63,837 nucleotides of DNA from Anolis carolinensis (taxonomy: Eukaryota): contig NW_026943825.1 of assembly GCF_035594765.1 (NCBI RefSeq), positions 14,190,753 to 14,254,589 of the forward strand. The letters run 5' to 3'. How positions within the stretch are numbered: position 1 is the first letter of the stretch; each line of letters starts with the position of its first letter. Below the pieces are notes generated by a model. The model saw only the letters and a list, made by a program, of their open reading frames with translations. It made no database searches and was not told where the DNA came from. Below, in pieces: positions 49,300 to 62,402 of this stretch. The translations under genes were made by a program, and so were the position numbers.

Positions 49300-49838
49300 T
49301 CTATATATATAAAAGAGTGATGGCATCAGGGCAGCGGACAAAACAACAAAACTACAGGCCCCCCAACCTCAAAATTTGACAACACAACCCATCATCCACG
49401 CCTCTAGGTTGATACAACAAAAAGAGAAGAAAAATAAAGTCCTAATTACAGGGAGAGGAATAATAGTTTTTATCCAATTGCTGCCAGTTTGAAGGCTAAG
49501 CTCCACCCACTTGGTCTCCTACCAACCTACTCAGCCCAGGGGACAGGCACAGTTAGGCCTCACTTAGGCCTCTTTCACAGATTATCAGATTTGAACCGGA
49601 TTATATGGCAGTGTAGACTCAAGGCCCTTCCACACAGCTATATAACCCATTTAGAATCTTATATTATCTGCTTTGAACTGGATTATCTTGAGTCCACGCT
49701 GCCATATAATCCACTTCAGTGTGCGTACTAAACATAAAGACAACCATACAACAGGCATTGAATACCACCACTACCTCAGCAATTTCTCACCAACACCACC
49801 AGACAACGCCACAGCAACGCATGGCCGGGCACAGCTAG
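49300..49838 (+). mobile_element. Non-autonomous Helitron
   Basis: A|TC...hairpin...CTAG|T; similar to 32908-33479. Confidence 0.82.
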
Positions 49839-50781
49839 TTAGTATATATAATGATAGATCTATATCTAGCTCTGCATTGTTTATGTAGGCATTATATGTT
49901 TGCCTGTTATTATGTTGGAAGCTGGCCTGAGTCCCCGGGGGAGATAGATAGGGCTGTTGTTGTTGTTGATGATGATGATTATAAAGTTATTGTTGCTTTT
50001 CCACTTATAGAGTTAGTTTACTGTTTTTCTTTGAAATACAGTAAATATTCAAAACATTTAACCCACTGATGCCTCAATTAATGTAATTTTATTGGTATCT
50101 AATTTTATTTTTGAAATTTACCAGTAGCTACTGCATTTCCCACCCTCGGCTTATACTCGAGTCAATAAGTTTTCCCAGTTTTTTGTGGTAAAATTAGGTG
50201 ACCCGGCTTATATTCGGGTCAGCTTATACTCGAGTATATACGGTATCTGCCCTCTCGATTTCAGGAGGATCCCAAAAATGGATTAGGGCCCCCACCGAAA
50301 GCTGGGACACGAAATAGATCAAGGTTTACCCCAAAAGCACAACCCTACTGGTGTGTCAAGTGTCTTGAGTCCTTGGTATCTCCAAGGTGTCTTTGTATGG
50401 TCAGAGGACTAATCAATGAACAAATCTATATCTATTTATCTACCTACCTACCTACCTATGTATCTATCTATCCAAGAAGAGTGAGGAAATAATAGAAACT
50501 GGAAACCCACTTGGGCTCAATGGCTCAAAAGTCCAACTCAGTATAAAGCAGTTTTCTACATACTCTTTGTATTTCCATATCCAATACCATTTCAGTACAA
50601 ACAAGAAGACTGGCTGGGCTTCAGAGATTTTATTCGGAAAAATGGATATAACTTAACAATAGACTTATTTGATATGTGAAATCCATTAAAATAACAAGAC
50701 TGTCAATACCAGAGAACGAAATAGACAACAAGATTTTAAGAACCTCAAGAGGACAATGGGAAGACAACCAAAAAAATTTCT

Positions 50782-50849
<68 letters not shown>

Positions 50850-51816
50850 TTCTCTCTCTCTTCTACTTTTATTTCTATTTTTATATTTTTATTTTTACTT
50901 TTTCTCTTCTTTTATATTTTCTCTTCTTTTTTAACTTTTCTTTTTCTTTTCAGTTTTTGCTCTTTACTTTCCCCCCACTATTTCTACACAATTGTTTTCC
51001 TCGCTTTCACTGTAATTATAGATAAAAGCACAATAAAAAATTATTTATTTTTTAAAAAAGAAGACAAGTTGGATGAAGTATGATGGGTTTTTATTGCTGT
51101 TGAAAGGATGCACAATTTCAGAAGAAGCTTACATGAGAACAGGACATACTTTCCCCCCATGAATTCACAGTTCATTACTAGAGCTAGCAAGACAGACACT
51201 ATTAATCTACAAAATGGTGGGAGTTCCTTGAGGTTATTACACATCACCCATCATCCCCTTGACAGCTAGCTGGGCCACTCAAAGAGTCAAGGAACCTCTC
51301 TGTGGAAGTTGGAAAGTGGGGAACATCGGGCCCTGTGTATCTCCTTGAACTTCAACCCTTCATTCCTGACCATTGGCCATACAGGTCAGATCTGATGGTA
51401 AATGGAACGTCACAACATCAAACCATCCCTGCCGTTACAACAGAACTTCTCATGATGCTCGAAAAGCAGGAGTTGAACATTGATAGCAAGTTGGGGATTT
51501 CTTGCTATTTAACTCTGATATTTCTCTTCATGAGCAGAGTAGGTGGTTTAAGATACTGAAACATGGTAGAAGAACAAGGAGAAAGGTAGCTGCCTGGGAG
51601 CAAACAGAATGAAAGAAGCCTAGAAAAGATCAGGGATGTGAAGGCCTGGGTGTCCAGACTTATGAAGAGTAGCCACAATATGAAAGATTGGGCATACCCA
51701 TCTTTCTGGCACCCAGGTACACAATCTCAGCCATAGATCTTTGTCAAGAGTCCATTGCTGGGTCATTACGTGTTTTTCTGGAGTTGTCTTCTGGGCATTT
51801 GAGGAGAACAGCAGGA

Positions 51817-52095
51817 CTAATAGCCCCAGCCACCATATCCACCATATCCCCATCCCCGGCCACCATAACCCCAGCCGCCATAGCCGCCATAGCCGCCATA
51901 GCCGCCATAACCACAACCCCCGTAGCCGCAAGGTGTTCTGCTGGACGCAGCACAAGGTTCGGTATCACAGTGCATCACGGGCCCAGGAATAGTCACGGCG
52001 TAGCAGGGAGGCTGGATGTAGATGTGAGAGGGAGGACATTGCGATTCACAGGCGACGTTGCAACCGAAGCCACCGTTTCCCCAACCAAAAGTCAT
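51817..52095 (-). CDS. Corneous beta-protein, type B', 92 aa
   Basis: Core CESQCPPSHIYIQPPCYAVTIPGPVMHC; (YGG)4; acceptor 52117-52118; AATAAA 51090-51095 (minus). Confidence 0.96.
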   Translation of the reverse strand: MTFGWGNGGFGCNVACESQCPPSHIYIQPPCYAVTIPGPVMHCDTEPCAASSRTPCGYGGCGYGGYGGYGGYGGWGYGGRGWGYGGYGGWGY

Positions 52096-52578
52096 GGTGT
52101 CGAAGTGGAAGAAGATCTGGGGTGGGAAAAAAACCAGAAGGGAACCATGGGGTAAGAAGTGGGTATGGAAGGAGGCATCTCAAGAACTTTGGGCAGAATT
52201 GGAGCAGTATGGGTCTCTCACTTTTTCTCAAATAATCCAACTGAAATGATTTTTCACTGGGTAACCTCAAGAGGTACAGTTCTCCCATACCATTCCAAAA
52301 CTAAAGATCTCTACAGGATTTTAACCCCTACGAACTTCAAAGGTAATTGAAACATGGTTCACATTTCAGAGCATCATGGCTGCATGTTTCAGGGTACAAT
52401 CATCCCTTCACATTTTCTGATTTTAGGGGTACAGCCATGGAAGTGGAAATGCTCTCTAGTTATCTCTTTGCTTTCTGGTGCAGCTCTGTGGTCAACTTCA
52501 ATTGGAAGTTGACTGTAGAGTTGTGCTAGATGACCTAGAGGTTCCTAGGTCCAAAAATCACAATTCTATGGTCAACTT

Positions 52579-53356
52579 TGTAAAGAACTAAGAATGACTA
52601 AGGTTCTTTCAGGCGGGGGGGGGGGATCTTTTTATCCCACCGCTGCCACCACTTTGTAAAGAGCTAATAACGACTGCCACCAATTTGTAAAGATACAACT
52701 AACGACTGCCACCACTTTGTGAAGATGCAACCACCAAAGACTCAGGAGGAGACCTTTTACTTTTTTTCTTTCTTCTTTTTATTCACTTTAGATGGTAACG
52801 TAATTTGGTTAATAATATATGTGACAGAGGCTTAGATGTTGGAAGAACAATAACAAGTTTATTCAGGCACAGAGCTTAGTGGTTACAATATTGTTTCTCA
52901 CTAGGAGGTATTTTTATTAACAGTTACAATGCTAGAATAAGATGAGTCAAAATCCCTAAAGTGTCACTTCTTTTACTTAAAGTAGTTAGAACTTTTTTCT
53001 CTGTTACTTTTAAACTACAGTCGCCCCTGTGATATACGATCACAGATACTCTGTTCCTTACCAGGACACAGACTACATTAAACAAGTCACCAAACTTATT
53101 TTAATCCGACTCAAAATGAACAATTGAGTCCCCTTGACCCCCTCAACATAGGATCAATCTTCCCTGTGCCTCATCAGAGCACAGACTGACCCCTTTTTAA
53201 AACTCTGCACTTCTTCAACAAAACGGCAGTTGGCTCCGCCTACTTTTCCATGGCAACCAGCCTCTGAGTGCTGAGATGCAATAACTGTAATACTTACCCT
53301 TTTAAAAACACAAACACACATAACATCTGTAAACCAAAAATTCGTACTTCATTACA
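52579..53356 (-). mobile_element. Solo LTR with PBS-like array (copy 3), in the CBP-B' intron, sense to the gene
   Basis: TGTAA...TTACA termini; perfect TSD AACTT; 18-nt TGGTGGCAGCGGTGGGAT at 52634-52651 (minus). Confidence 0.92.
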
Positions 53357-53399
53357 AACTTCCATATAATTAGCATTTATTTTGTTTTAAACCCTATAC

Positions 53400-53630
53400 C
53401 AGGGGTCCCCAAACTTTTTAAACAGGAGGCCAGTTCACGATCCTTCGGACCGTTGGAGGGCCGGACTATAGTTGGCCACCGAGCAATAATAATTAACAAC
53501 AACAACAACAACAATAAAGAGGGTTGGAAGAGACCCTTTGGGCCATTGAGTCCAATCCCCTTTTGCCTTGTGCACCAAAAGCACAAGCAAAGCACCCCTG
53601 ACAGATGGCCACCAAGCCTCAATGTTAATA

Positions 53631-53682
<52 letters not shown>

Positions 53683-53812
53683 GGGTTGTAAGAGAAGAAG
53701 AGACCCCTTGGGTCATTTAGCCCAACCCCCTTCTGCCCTTGTGCTGTGGGGGCTGGATAAATAGCTTCGATGGGCCGCATCTGGCCCCCGGGCCTTAGTT
53801 TGGGGACCCCTG
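53400..53812. mobile_element. hAT MITE in the CBP-B' intron
   Basis: TIRs CAGGGGTCCCCAAACT / AGTTTGGGGACCCCTG; TSD CCCTATAC. Confidence 0.9.
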
Positions 53813-54328
53813 CCCTATACTAACCACATGCCATATCAAGTTGGTTATCAAGATATAATTATAAGCAGACAAGGAAGGCTAGAAATGAGAGGACCATTTC
53901 AATTGAGAATCTGACCTTATTTTAAACATATAAGTCACCTCTCAGGCGAATTATGGTCAGATATCATCTCACGCAAAATCCCAATAGTTATTCCAGGGTC
54001 TAGAAAATACTGCTTTGGGTAAAAAGAGACCACCTGGGACCTTCCAGGAGTTGTTGGACTACAACATTCATCATGGCCAGTTAGTGGAGTCCATCTTGGT
54101 AGATCTCTGGACTGTAACCCACCATAATCAGATGGACTACACAGTGGTTCTCGACCTGTGGGTTCCCAGATGTTTTGGCCTTCAACTCCCAGAAATCCTA
54201 ACGGCTGGTGAACTGGGATTTCTGGGAGTTGTAGGCCAAAATACTTGGGATCCACAGGTTGAGAACCACTGGACTACACACTTTCATCCCAGGTTTAGAA
54301 AGAGAAAATGCAAGACCAAATCATTCCA

Positions 54329-54421
54329 ACTCACCTGTTCTCCAAAGAGCAGAAGGTAAGAGTTGCGGTGAGATGTTGGAAGGAACTGATGGAGGAACTG
54401 CTGGTCGCCAACCCTTTTATA
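54329..54421 (-). promoter_or_regulatory. CBP-B' TATA box and non-coding exon 1
   Basis: TATAAAA 54415-54421 (minus); donor AG|GTGAGT at 54334; inverted homologue of 41449-41541. Confidence 0.85.
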
Positions 54422-56219
54422 CTCTGGAGAATGCAACTTTATGGCTTAGAAATGCCCTCAGGGTTGACATAATTATTAACCAGGCAGCATTTTGTTGGCT
54501 GTAGCTTTCCTCACCCTTTCGCAATCATAACCTGACCCTCTGTAAGTTCTGTGGTCGGGGCTGCTACTGTTTGCCAAGAGAAGCAGATCTTTTTGGAGGA
54601 TGTTATAATTTGAAGAATGTGATGTAACCAAACTCTTGCAAATGCTGTCTTCAAACAAAGGCTTGCACAATATTTTTCATTCTGTGTTGTAGACAAGAAA
54701 TTTGAAATTGTGAAGTCACATCTAAATGACCTTTATACATTTTTGCCTAAACTGAAAGGTATTTGATGGAAGAAGGGCTTTCTCTCAGACGAACATTTGG
54801 AGGTGACTCAGGAAAAGACCTCCTTGATGGCCGATCCCACACTGTAGATGTCCCTTCCACAGGAAGTCCTACCATCTCTTTCACTACTAGACAAAGACCA
54901 TAGTATTGAAATCCGTTATTTAACTGAAGGTGCATCTTTATTGTAGAATTCATGCAGTATCACACCGATAGTCTATGGCTTAATATTATACAATCACCAA
55001 ACTACACATTCCAGGAATCCATAGTGATGAGCCATGGTAGTTCAAGTAGTGTCAAATTACATTTATTTAACAGTGTAAATCGGTGGTTCCCAACCTTTGG
55101 GCCTCCAGATGTTTTGGACTTCGGCTCCAACAGTTCGTATGAGCTGGGATTTCTGGGAGTTGAAGTCCAAAACACCTGGAGGCCCAAAGGTTGGGAACCA
55201 CTGGTGTAGATGGACTTGAAGCTTGTAGAATTTGACTGTTCTGAGTCTGAAGAAGGACAACATTCATCTAGAGTTTTCCCTGTCACATTTCATTAGAGGC
55301 AGTTTCCATGTTCTTTCTCTACAGTTGGGTCATGCAGGTTTTCAGTACCCATGGTTAGTCCCAACTAGAGTATGGCCATTGGGTCAATTTGACTTCTACA
55401 ATTAGTCCTATGGGCCTCATTAATACTTGTCCTGTTGACAACTGTATGAACAGAAAGCCGGACTAGGTAGACCTTTGGTTTAGTCCAGCATGGATCTTCT
55501 GATCTTTGTGTAGGCTGTGAAGGAATCCATATCCTCAAAAAATCATGCTAAATTAAACCAAAGTTCTATGTAGTCCATCTGTTTGTCCCCACCTTGGTCA
55601 ACAAGATCAACGACCTCACAAAGTAAAAAAAGACAATAAAGATTTGCAAGGTTGGGAAAGAAATAACATTGTAAGAACCCATCAGTAATTCTTAGGGAGC
55701 AATAAACAGCCGAATCCGTATTTTCTTTAATTTCAGCCCAAATACCTATCTTTTTGAGAAGAATGAAATGGTGGCCCAGTTATCATGGAGGAGATACATT
55801 GTCTTAGATGGGTCCCTATAATTGACCCAACCCATCGGCAAGGCCACTGTCCAGTTAATACTTAAGTACACAACAAATAACACAACCTTTGATGCATATT
55901 AAACATTAATAGATGCTTGTGAAGCCTTTGTAAAAAGCCGCTGTTGTGTGATACCTTTCCAACTCTATCAGGAGAAACAGGTGTTATTAACACCAGATGT
56001 TATTATCATGAGGTCACAATGTTGTTTGAAGTGATGAACACTCAAAGGAAGGAAACCTATGGACCTATATTCATTATGGATCAGATACATGACCATTAAG
56101 GCCATGAGCCTTGAGTGAGATTTCCTTGGTGTCCTTTGTAAGTATAGTACATCACATTTTCCCTTGTTGGAAACTCATCTAACAAAATGAAAGAGAACTA
56201 TTGATTGGGTGACATCAGG

Positions 56220-56611
56220 CTTGACTATTATGCATGTGAAAGGGATCTTGGAGCCTTTAGTAGGACACAATCTGAGCATCACCCAACAGTGCAATATAGT
56301 AGCTTAAAAATCCAATTTGATTCTAGGTTGCATCAATAGGAGTCTAGTGTCTAGTCTGGGGGAAGCAATAGTCCCATTCTATTCTGCTTTGATCAAACCT
56401 CGCTGCAAATAATCTTGAGTCCAACCTGGGCACCACAATCCAAGAAGGATATGGACAAGGTGGAAAGTGTATAGAGCAGTGGTTCTGAACCTGTGGGTTC
56501 CCAGATGTTATGGTCTTCAACTCCCAGAAATTCTAACAGCTGGTAAACTGGCTGGGATTTATGGGAGTTGTAGGCCAAAACACCTGGGAACCCACAGGTT
56601 GAGGACCACTA
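56220..56611 (+). mobile_element. CR1 fragment with adjacent small hAT MITE (56477-56611)
   Basis: CR1-like GAAAGGGATCTTGGAG...GCATCAATAGGAG...GACAAGGTGGAAAGTGT; MITE has TSD GTATAGAG. Confidence 0.8.
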
Positions 56612-56721
56612 GTATAGAGGAACATGATATTTTGGTCAAAGGTTTTGAACTTGTCCCATCATAAGGACAACACCTCTTGACATTCCCTTTTCCAACAATG
56701 AAAGGTGCACAAGTCACTTCC

Positions 56722-57587
56722 TGTTGCACCCCAAGGCAGCTTGAACACTGGAAACCAAACAGAGACCAATAATCATATAATATCTTTATTAAAACAATAA
56801 TAAATTCAGGAAATAATAAGTGGAAAGGATGAGTGAGCAATAGTCCTTTAAGGACTGGTATGAATTAGTCCAAAGCATTGAAGAGATATGTCCAATATTA
56901 ATGTCCAAAGTCCAGAAACCGAAACACGCTCAAAACTGTTGAAAAATTCTTGAGCAGGGAAAACAACAAGAAAGCCGGAGTAAATAAGAACATCCAAAGT
57001 CACTAAAAAGTCTTGGATTTCAAGGCAGGCAAAACACGAAGCTAAAAGCAATCTGGATTCAGGAACAAGGCAAGGACGTGAATTCATTCCGGATTAAAAC
57101 GGGAGTCGCAGCTTGGCCTGGCCGCCAGGAACAGGAGACTTGGCTTGATGAAATCAAACAACTGGAAATGGTGAAGTCGCTACGTTGACACCACAACTTG
57201 TTCACAGTGCAAGACACTTTTATAGAAGTTAGATCTAATAACAGCGAACTCCCCAAAGGTTCCCAAAGCAATCTGCTATCCAGTATCTCCTCTAGATGCC
57301 AATCGTTGACTCCTTCGAAACTGCTGTGTCTGAGATCTCTGTTGCTGCAAAAACTGTCTTCTGTTAAAGGATACATTCCCTGGGGAGCTTGGAACATCTG
57401 GTTCTTCCACGGGAGTAATGTTATCAGTATCTCTCCCAATTAAGGACGCCTTGGAGCTATCCACAGCTGGGGTCTGTAATGGAAGGAACTCGGAGGAGAA
57501 CTGGGTGAAAAGTCAGAGTAAGCTTCATCCTGGTCAAAGTTCATTTCTGAACCAGGTTCAGAACCCAAAGGCGGCTGGGATATAACA
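56722..57587 (-). mobile_element. Solo LTR (family 2, copy 2)
   Basis: TG...CA termini, TSD CTTCC. Confidence 0.88.
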
Positions 57588-58112
57588 CTTCCTGTTTTCA
57601 CTCTAGCAATTAGAGGATGTGTTCAGTCACCACTGAATGCATTCATCTTAAAAGAAACATGTGAAACTCTGGATTTCAACTATGTAGACATTTGCCACAA
57701 CATTCTGGAAACATCTGTGAGAATATAAGAAGGCATGAGGTCAAAATGTCCACATATGTGGTGATCCCCTACCAGGAATGTCCTCTACTTGAGTTTGGAG
57801 CAATATCTCAACAATCCTTGCACATTGGTCATGTTTACCAGGGCTTGTGAGACAGATTAAGCAGAGTAAGGCAACTGGGCAAGTGAGGAGGACTGTGCTT
57901 ACAGTGTTTTCTGCTGGCAAAGAAAAGAGTCTGTATACAAAACTGTGGCCCTCCAACTGTTTGGGCCTCCAACTCCCAGAATTCTTGACCATTGATCAAT
58001 TTGGCTAGGGCTTCTGGGAGTTGGAGGCCCAGACAGCTGGAGGGCCACAGTTTGAGGATGCCTGGTATACAGGTACTATGCTGTGTGTCTTATATCTTAT
58101 AGACTAGCTTGT

Positions 58113-58885
58113 TGTTAGGTATGCAGATGATACCACTCTGATGGCTGAAAGTGAGGAAGAGCTGAGAAGCCTTATCACCAAAGTGAAAGAAGAAAGTGCA
58201 AAAGCTGGGTTGCAGTTAAACATCAAGAAAACCAAGATCATGGCAACTACACCTATTGATAACTGGAAAATAGAAGGAGAAAACTTGGAGGCAGTGACAG
58301 ACTTTATATTTCTAGGCGAGAAGATCACTGCAGATGCAGACTGCAGCCAGGAAATCAGAAGACGTCTACTTCTTGGGAGGAGAGCAATGGCCAACCTTGA
58401 CAAAATAGTGAAGAGCAGAGACATCACACTGGCAACGAAGGTCCGCATAGTCAAAGCAATGGTATTCCCCATAGTAACCTATGGATGCGAGAACTGGACC
58501 ATAAGGAAGGCTGAGTGAAGGAAGAGAGACGCTTTTGAACTCTGGGGCTGGAGGAAAATCCTGAGAGTGCCTTGGACCGCAAGAAGATCCAACCAGTCCA
58601 TCCTCCAGGAAATAATGCCCGATGGCTGCTCACTGGAGGGAAGGATATTAGAGGCAAAGCTGAAGTATTTTGGCCACATCATGAGAAGACAGGAAAGTTT
58701 GGAAAGATCACGATGCTGGGGAAAATGGAAGGAAAAAGGAAGAGAGGCCGACCAAGGGCGAGATGGATGGACGGTATCCTTGAAGTGACTGGCTTGACCT
58801 TGAAGGAACTGGGGGCGGTGGTGACCAACAGGGAGCTCTGCCGTGGACTGGTCCATGAGGTCACGAAGAGTCGGAAATGACTATG
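58113..58885 (+). mobile_element. BovB/RTE LINE, 5'-truncated at the RT active site
   Basis: RYADDTTLMAESEEELRSLITKVKEESAKAGLQLNIKKTKIM; stop codon and frameshift downstream. Confidence 0.93.
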
Positions 58886-59315
58886 CGACAGAGAGAGCTT
58901 GTTGTCTAAGACCATCATGACAGACAACATTGCATTATTCCATCACCAAGACTGGAGTAAAGTCCAATTTCCACCATATTTTGCTTCTCTGTGGGATGAA
59001 ATACTAATGTTGTTATCTTGGTCTTCTCATCTTTGATGGACATTGTCTTGGAAAGGCCGGAACATGGACAACTTCACAACCTCATCCTAGCATAAGTCAG
59101 GTTTTCATGGACCATATGTGTGTTTTGTGCTTTTTTTTCCCTTTTGTCACAGATTCAGGATTCCTGGAAACATGCCAAGTTTAATAAAAAAAATGCCATG
59201 TCGACATTTATTGAGACCTGGGTGTGAGTCCTACAACAAGTGGAAGCTGGCAATTAAGCAGAGCTTGGACATGCCCACAAGGCGTGCCATTTTCCCAGTG
59301 ATGCTAAAGAAAGAG

Positions 59316-59414
59316 TATAAAAGAGCTTCTCATTCAAGACATTTCCAGCAGCTCCAGTTCAATCCCAGAGAAAGAGAACATCTCCACATCTTCTCCTTGA
59401 ACAACCAGGTATGA
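59316..59414 (+). promoter_or_regulatory. CBP-A' TATA box and non-coding exon 1
   Basis: TATAAAA 59316-59322; donor AG|GTATGA at 59409; inverted homologue of 36602-36698. Confidence 0.85.
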
Positions 59415-59420
59415 TCCAAG

Positions 59421-59458
<38 letters not shown>

Positions 59459-60636
59459 AGATAGTCATGGTTCTGATTCTTTCAAACTAAGGCTGGTGGG
59501 ATTTTTAGATTTGAATGACGCCATGCCATATTGCCACTTAGCAAGTAACCAGTTGGATATGGTCAATTGGGATCAGTCAACATTGGACCTGTGGAAATAA
59601 TCTCCTGGAAACAGGACACTCAAAGGAGTTCCCATTAGATCCAAGGTCCCAATTCTGACAGATGAAAGAACACGGTTGTGTTTCAAATCTGTACATGGAA
59701 ATGATGAGACTATGAAAGAAGATACCCCTCACACTAGAAAAGAGGGAAAATGTTCCAAAGCCACCTTCTTAAAGCTTATTCATGACACAGTGAATGCTAA
59801 AATGTTTACAAGACAACGAGAAAACTAAATATCCATTTTCCAATTATTTCAAATTAAAGCTGGTGGTAAATGAAAGACACAGTGAGATAGCAATTGACCA
59901 AAAATATGTTTATTGAGGGTTAAAAAACCACTTAGTAGAAGAATGTCGGATTGATAGGAATATTCGCAATTCGGGACGTGTTCTGCACAAAATTCGCACT
60001 TTGTTGTTTTGGGCAGAAAATCGTGTTTTGTGTAAAAAAAATTGGCATTTTTCTCATGGAAAATAATATTTCAAAGCATAAATATTAATTCCCGCACCTA
60101 CAATGCTGTAATTGGGGATTTATTCTGCATCAAATCTGCACATGGTCAATTTGTATTGAAAACAGCGTTTCTTCTAATATTTATGATGCAAAGATTTACA
60201 GATTTGAGAAACTCAAATGTGGAAACAATCTAAAAAGCAACAGATCTTCCCATCAGTTGTAATGATCTTCTGCTTAATGATGACCCCATTCCTTACTAAG
60301 GGGCAGGCAGGTCTACTATCATTTTCTTCTTACTCTACTTCTTTTGCTTGGTTGTTGAATAGCAATTTTGTCATCAGCCATGGTTTTATGGAGAACACAA
60401 ACTTCTGGAGATGCCTCCTTCGACATTCAGGTTATCTTGCAATGAGATAGAAATGACTAGGACCTCCAGATGTTGTGAACCATACATCTCAACATTACTC
60501 ACCAATGTCTAGGCTGACCAGGGGCTTCTGGGATACACAGTCCATAGTGATTACCTCTGCCATTTACCACTGATTGTGTCCTCACTCTTAGATCATTCTA
60601 TGATTTTCTCCCTAGATCTTCCTTCACTTTGGAACA

Positions 60637-60906
60637 ATGACTTTCGGCTGGGGAAGCTGCAATGTTGCCTGCGAATCACAGTGCCCTCCATCTGATGTCT
60701 GTGTCCAGCCTCCAACCTACTGCGTGACCATGCCTGGGGCCATTCTGCACTGTGATACAACACCTTGCGCTGTGTACTCCACAACACCCTGTGGCTACAA
60801 TAGGGGCTGTGGTTATGGTGGTTGGGGAGGCTATGGCCTTGGTGGCTGGGGAGGCTGGGGCAGAGGCTGGGGAGGTAGATGCGGCTATGGTTATGGCGGA
60901 TTTTAG
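60637..60906 (+). CDS. Corneous beta-protein, type A', 89 aa
   Basis: Core CESQCPPSDVCVQPPTYCVTMPGAILHC; acceptor 60614-60615; ATTAAA 61548-61553. Confidence 0.95.
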   Translation: MTFGWGSCNVACESQCPPSDVCVQPPTYCVTMPGAILHCDTTPCAVYSTTPCGYNRGCGYGGWGGYGLGGWGGWGRGWGGRCGYGYGGF

Positions 60907-62402
60907 ACCTGTTTCCACCCAAAGCCCAGAAGATGATCCCCGAAACACAAGAAAAGGCCCAGCAATGGACTCTTGAAATAGATCTATGGCTGAGAAGTTG
61001 CATCTGGGTGCTAGATAAGAAGACCATGTCCTAGGCATTGAATTTGGTTTCTCCTCAATTATCTGAGCATCCAGGCCTTCCCTCTGTTGCTCTCTGTCTT
61101 GCCACTACATATCTCCATTTGAATTAATATTCTCTGTTCAGGATTAGAAAGACCAGAGCAAGCATAGCAGGAGGTTTCTCATTTAGAGAGCATGTTCATT
61201 GGACCTCATCTCCATAAGAAGTTCTTTTGTGGGCATTTATGGTTGGGGCTTCCAGATTCTATCCAACCTGACCATCATGGCCAGTGGTCAGGAATGACAG
61301 GAGCTGTAGTTTAAGAACTTACCAAGAACACCACGTTTCCCACATCCAACCTCTATGGGGAGACCCTTGGTTCTTTGCATGATTCGTCCATCAAGGGGAA
61401 GATGGATGATACGTAATGACCACAAGGAACGCCTACCATTTTGTAGTTGAATGCTGTTTGTCTTGCTACTGAACTGAGAAGTCTTGGAGAAATCTTATGT
61501 CCTGTTCTCTTTAAGCTTCGTCTGAAACTGTATATCCTTGCAATCTCATTAAAAGCCATCATACGTCATATGACTTTGTGTTCTTGTTTTGCGTTAGACT
61601 TGGTGTTGGACATGGTAGTAATGTGGAAGCAAAATGGGACCATAGCTAGATGCTTTGTCCTTGGTCAGACCCCATCAAACTCAAGATGGTCTACCCTTTC
61701 TAGACCCAATTCTTTCCCGGGCTTCCCTGGAGGTACCAAGGATTGAACATGGGACCTTCAGGTTTCAGAGCAAAGCAACCCCCGGATGAAGCAATGGGGA
61801 CCTCAAATTGGGTCATGACTCCAAGTTTAAGAAGCTGTACCCTAAGCCATAATGTCATGATCATGCACCAAGACATTTTTCACAAAGCATGAGATAGGGT
61901 TCAGTTACCCACCTTCAGAGTTGGCCTTGGAGTGAATCTATTGTCTACACCAGGCATGGGCAAATTTTGGCCCTCCAAGTGTTTTGGACTTCAACTCCTA
62001 CAATTCCTAACAGCTGAAGTTTGACCATGCCTGGTCTACACTGTACCCATGTTTCCGGATGTTGTATAGACTTTCAGGATCAGCTTTTGGTACACTTGCA
62101 TAGATAAGCCTTGAATCTGTGCGAGGGAAGACGTAGCCAAGGAGAGGGAAAAAAAGTCATTCATTTCATCTTCATTACATAAATGAGTCACGTTTCACAA
62201 ATAGCCTCAAGGCACATTTCTAGATCAATGTTAGGGATGCATCAGCAGGTTCACAGTTGAGCAAGGAGCAAAATTATTTTCAATTGAGCCCTTATGGAAT
62301 AAATTAAAATTCACATCTTCCAATTCTTACCTCCTTATCTTCCAGGCTTGCAAATAATTCTGAGAAAACAGGGATGAAAGTCTGCCATTATGCTGGTACA
62401 GC

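Noticed and set aside
50676-51083. Phe/Leu-rich membrane-like ORFs
   Set aside because: (TTTC)n and T-rich low-complexity sequence
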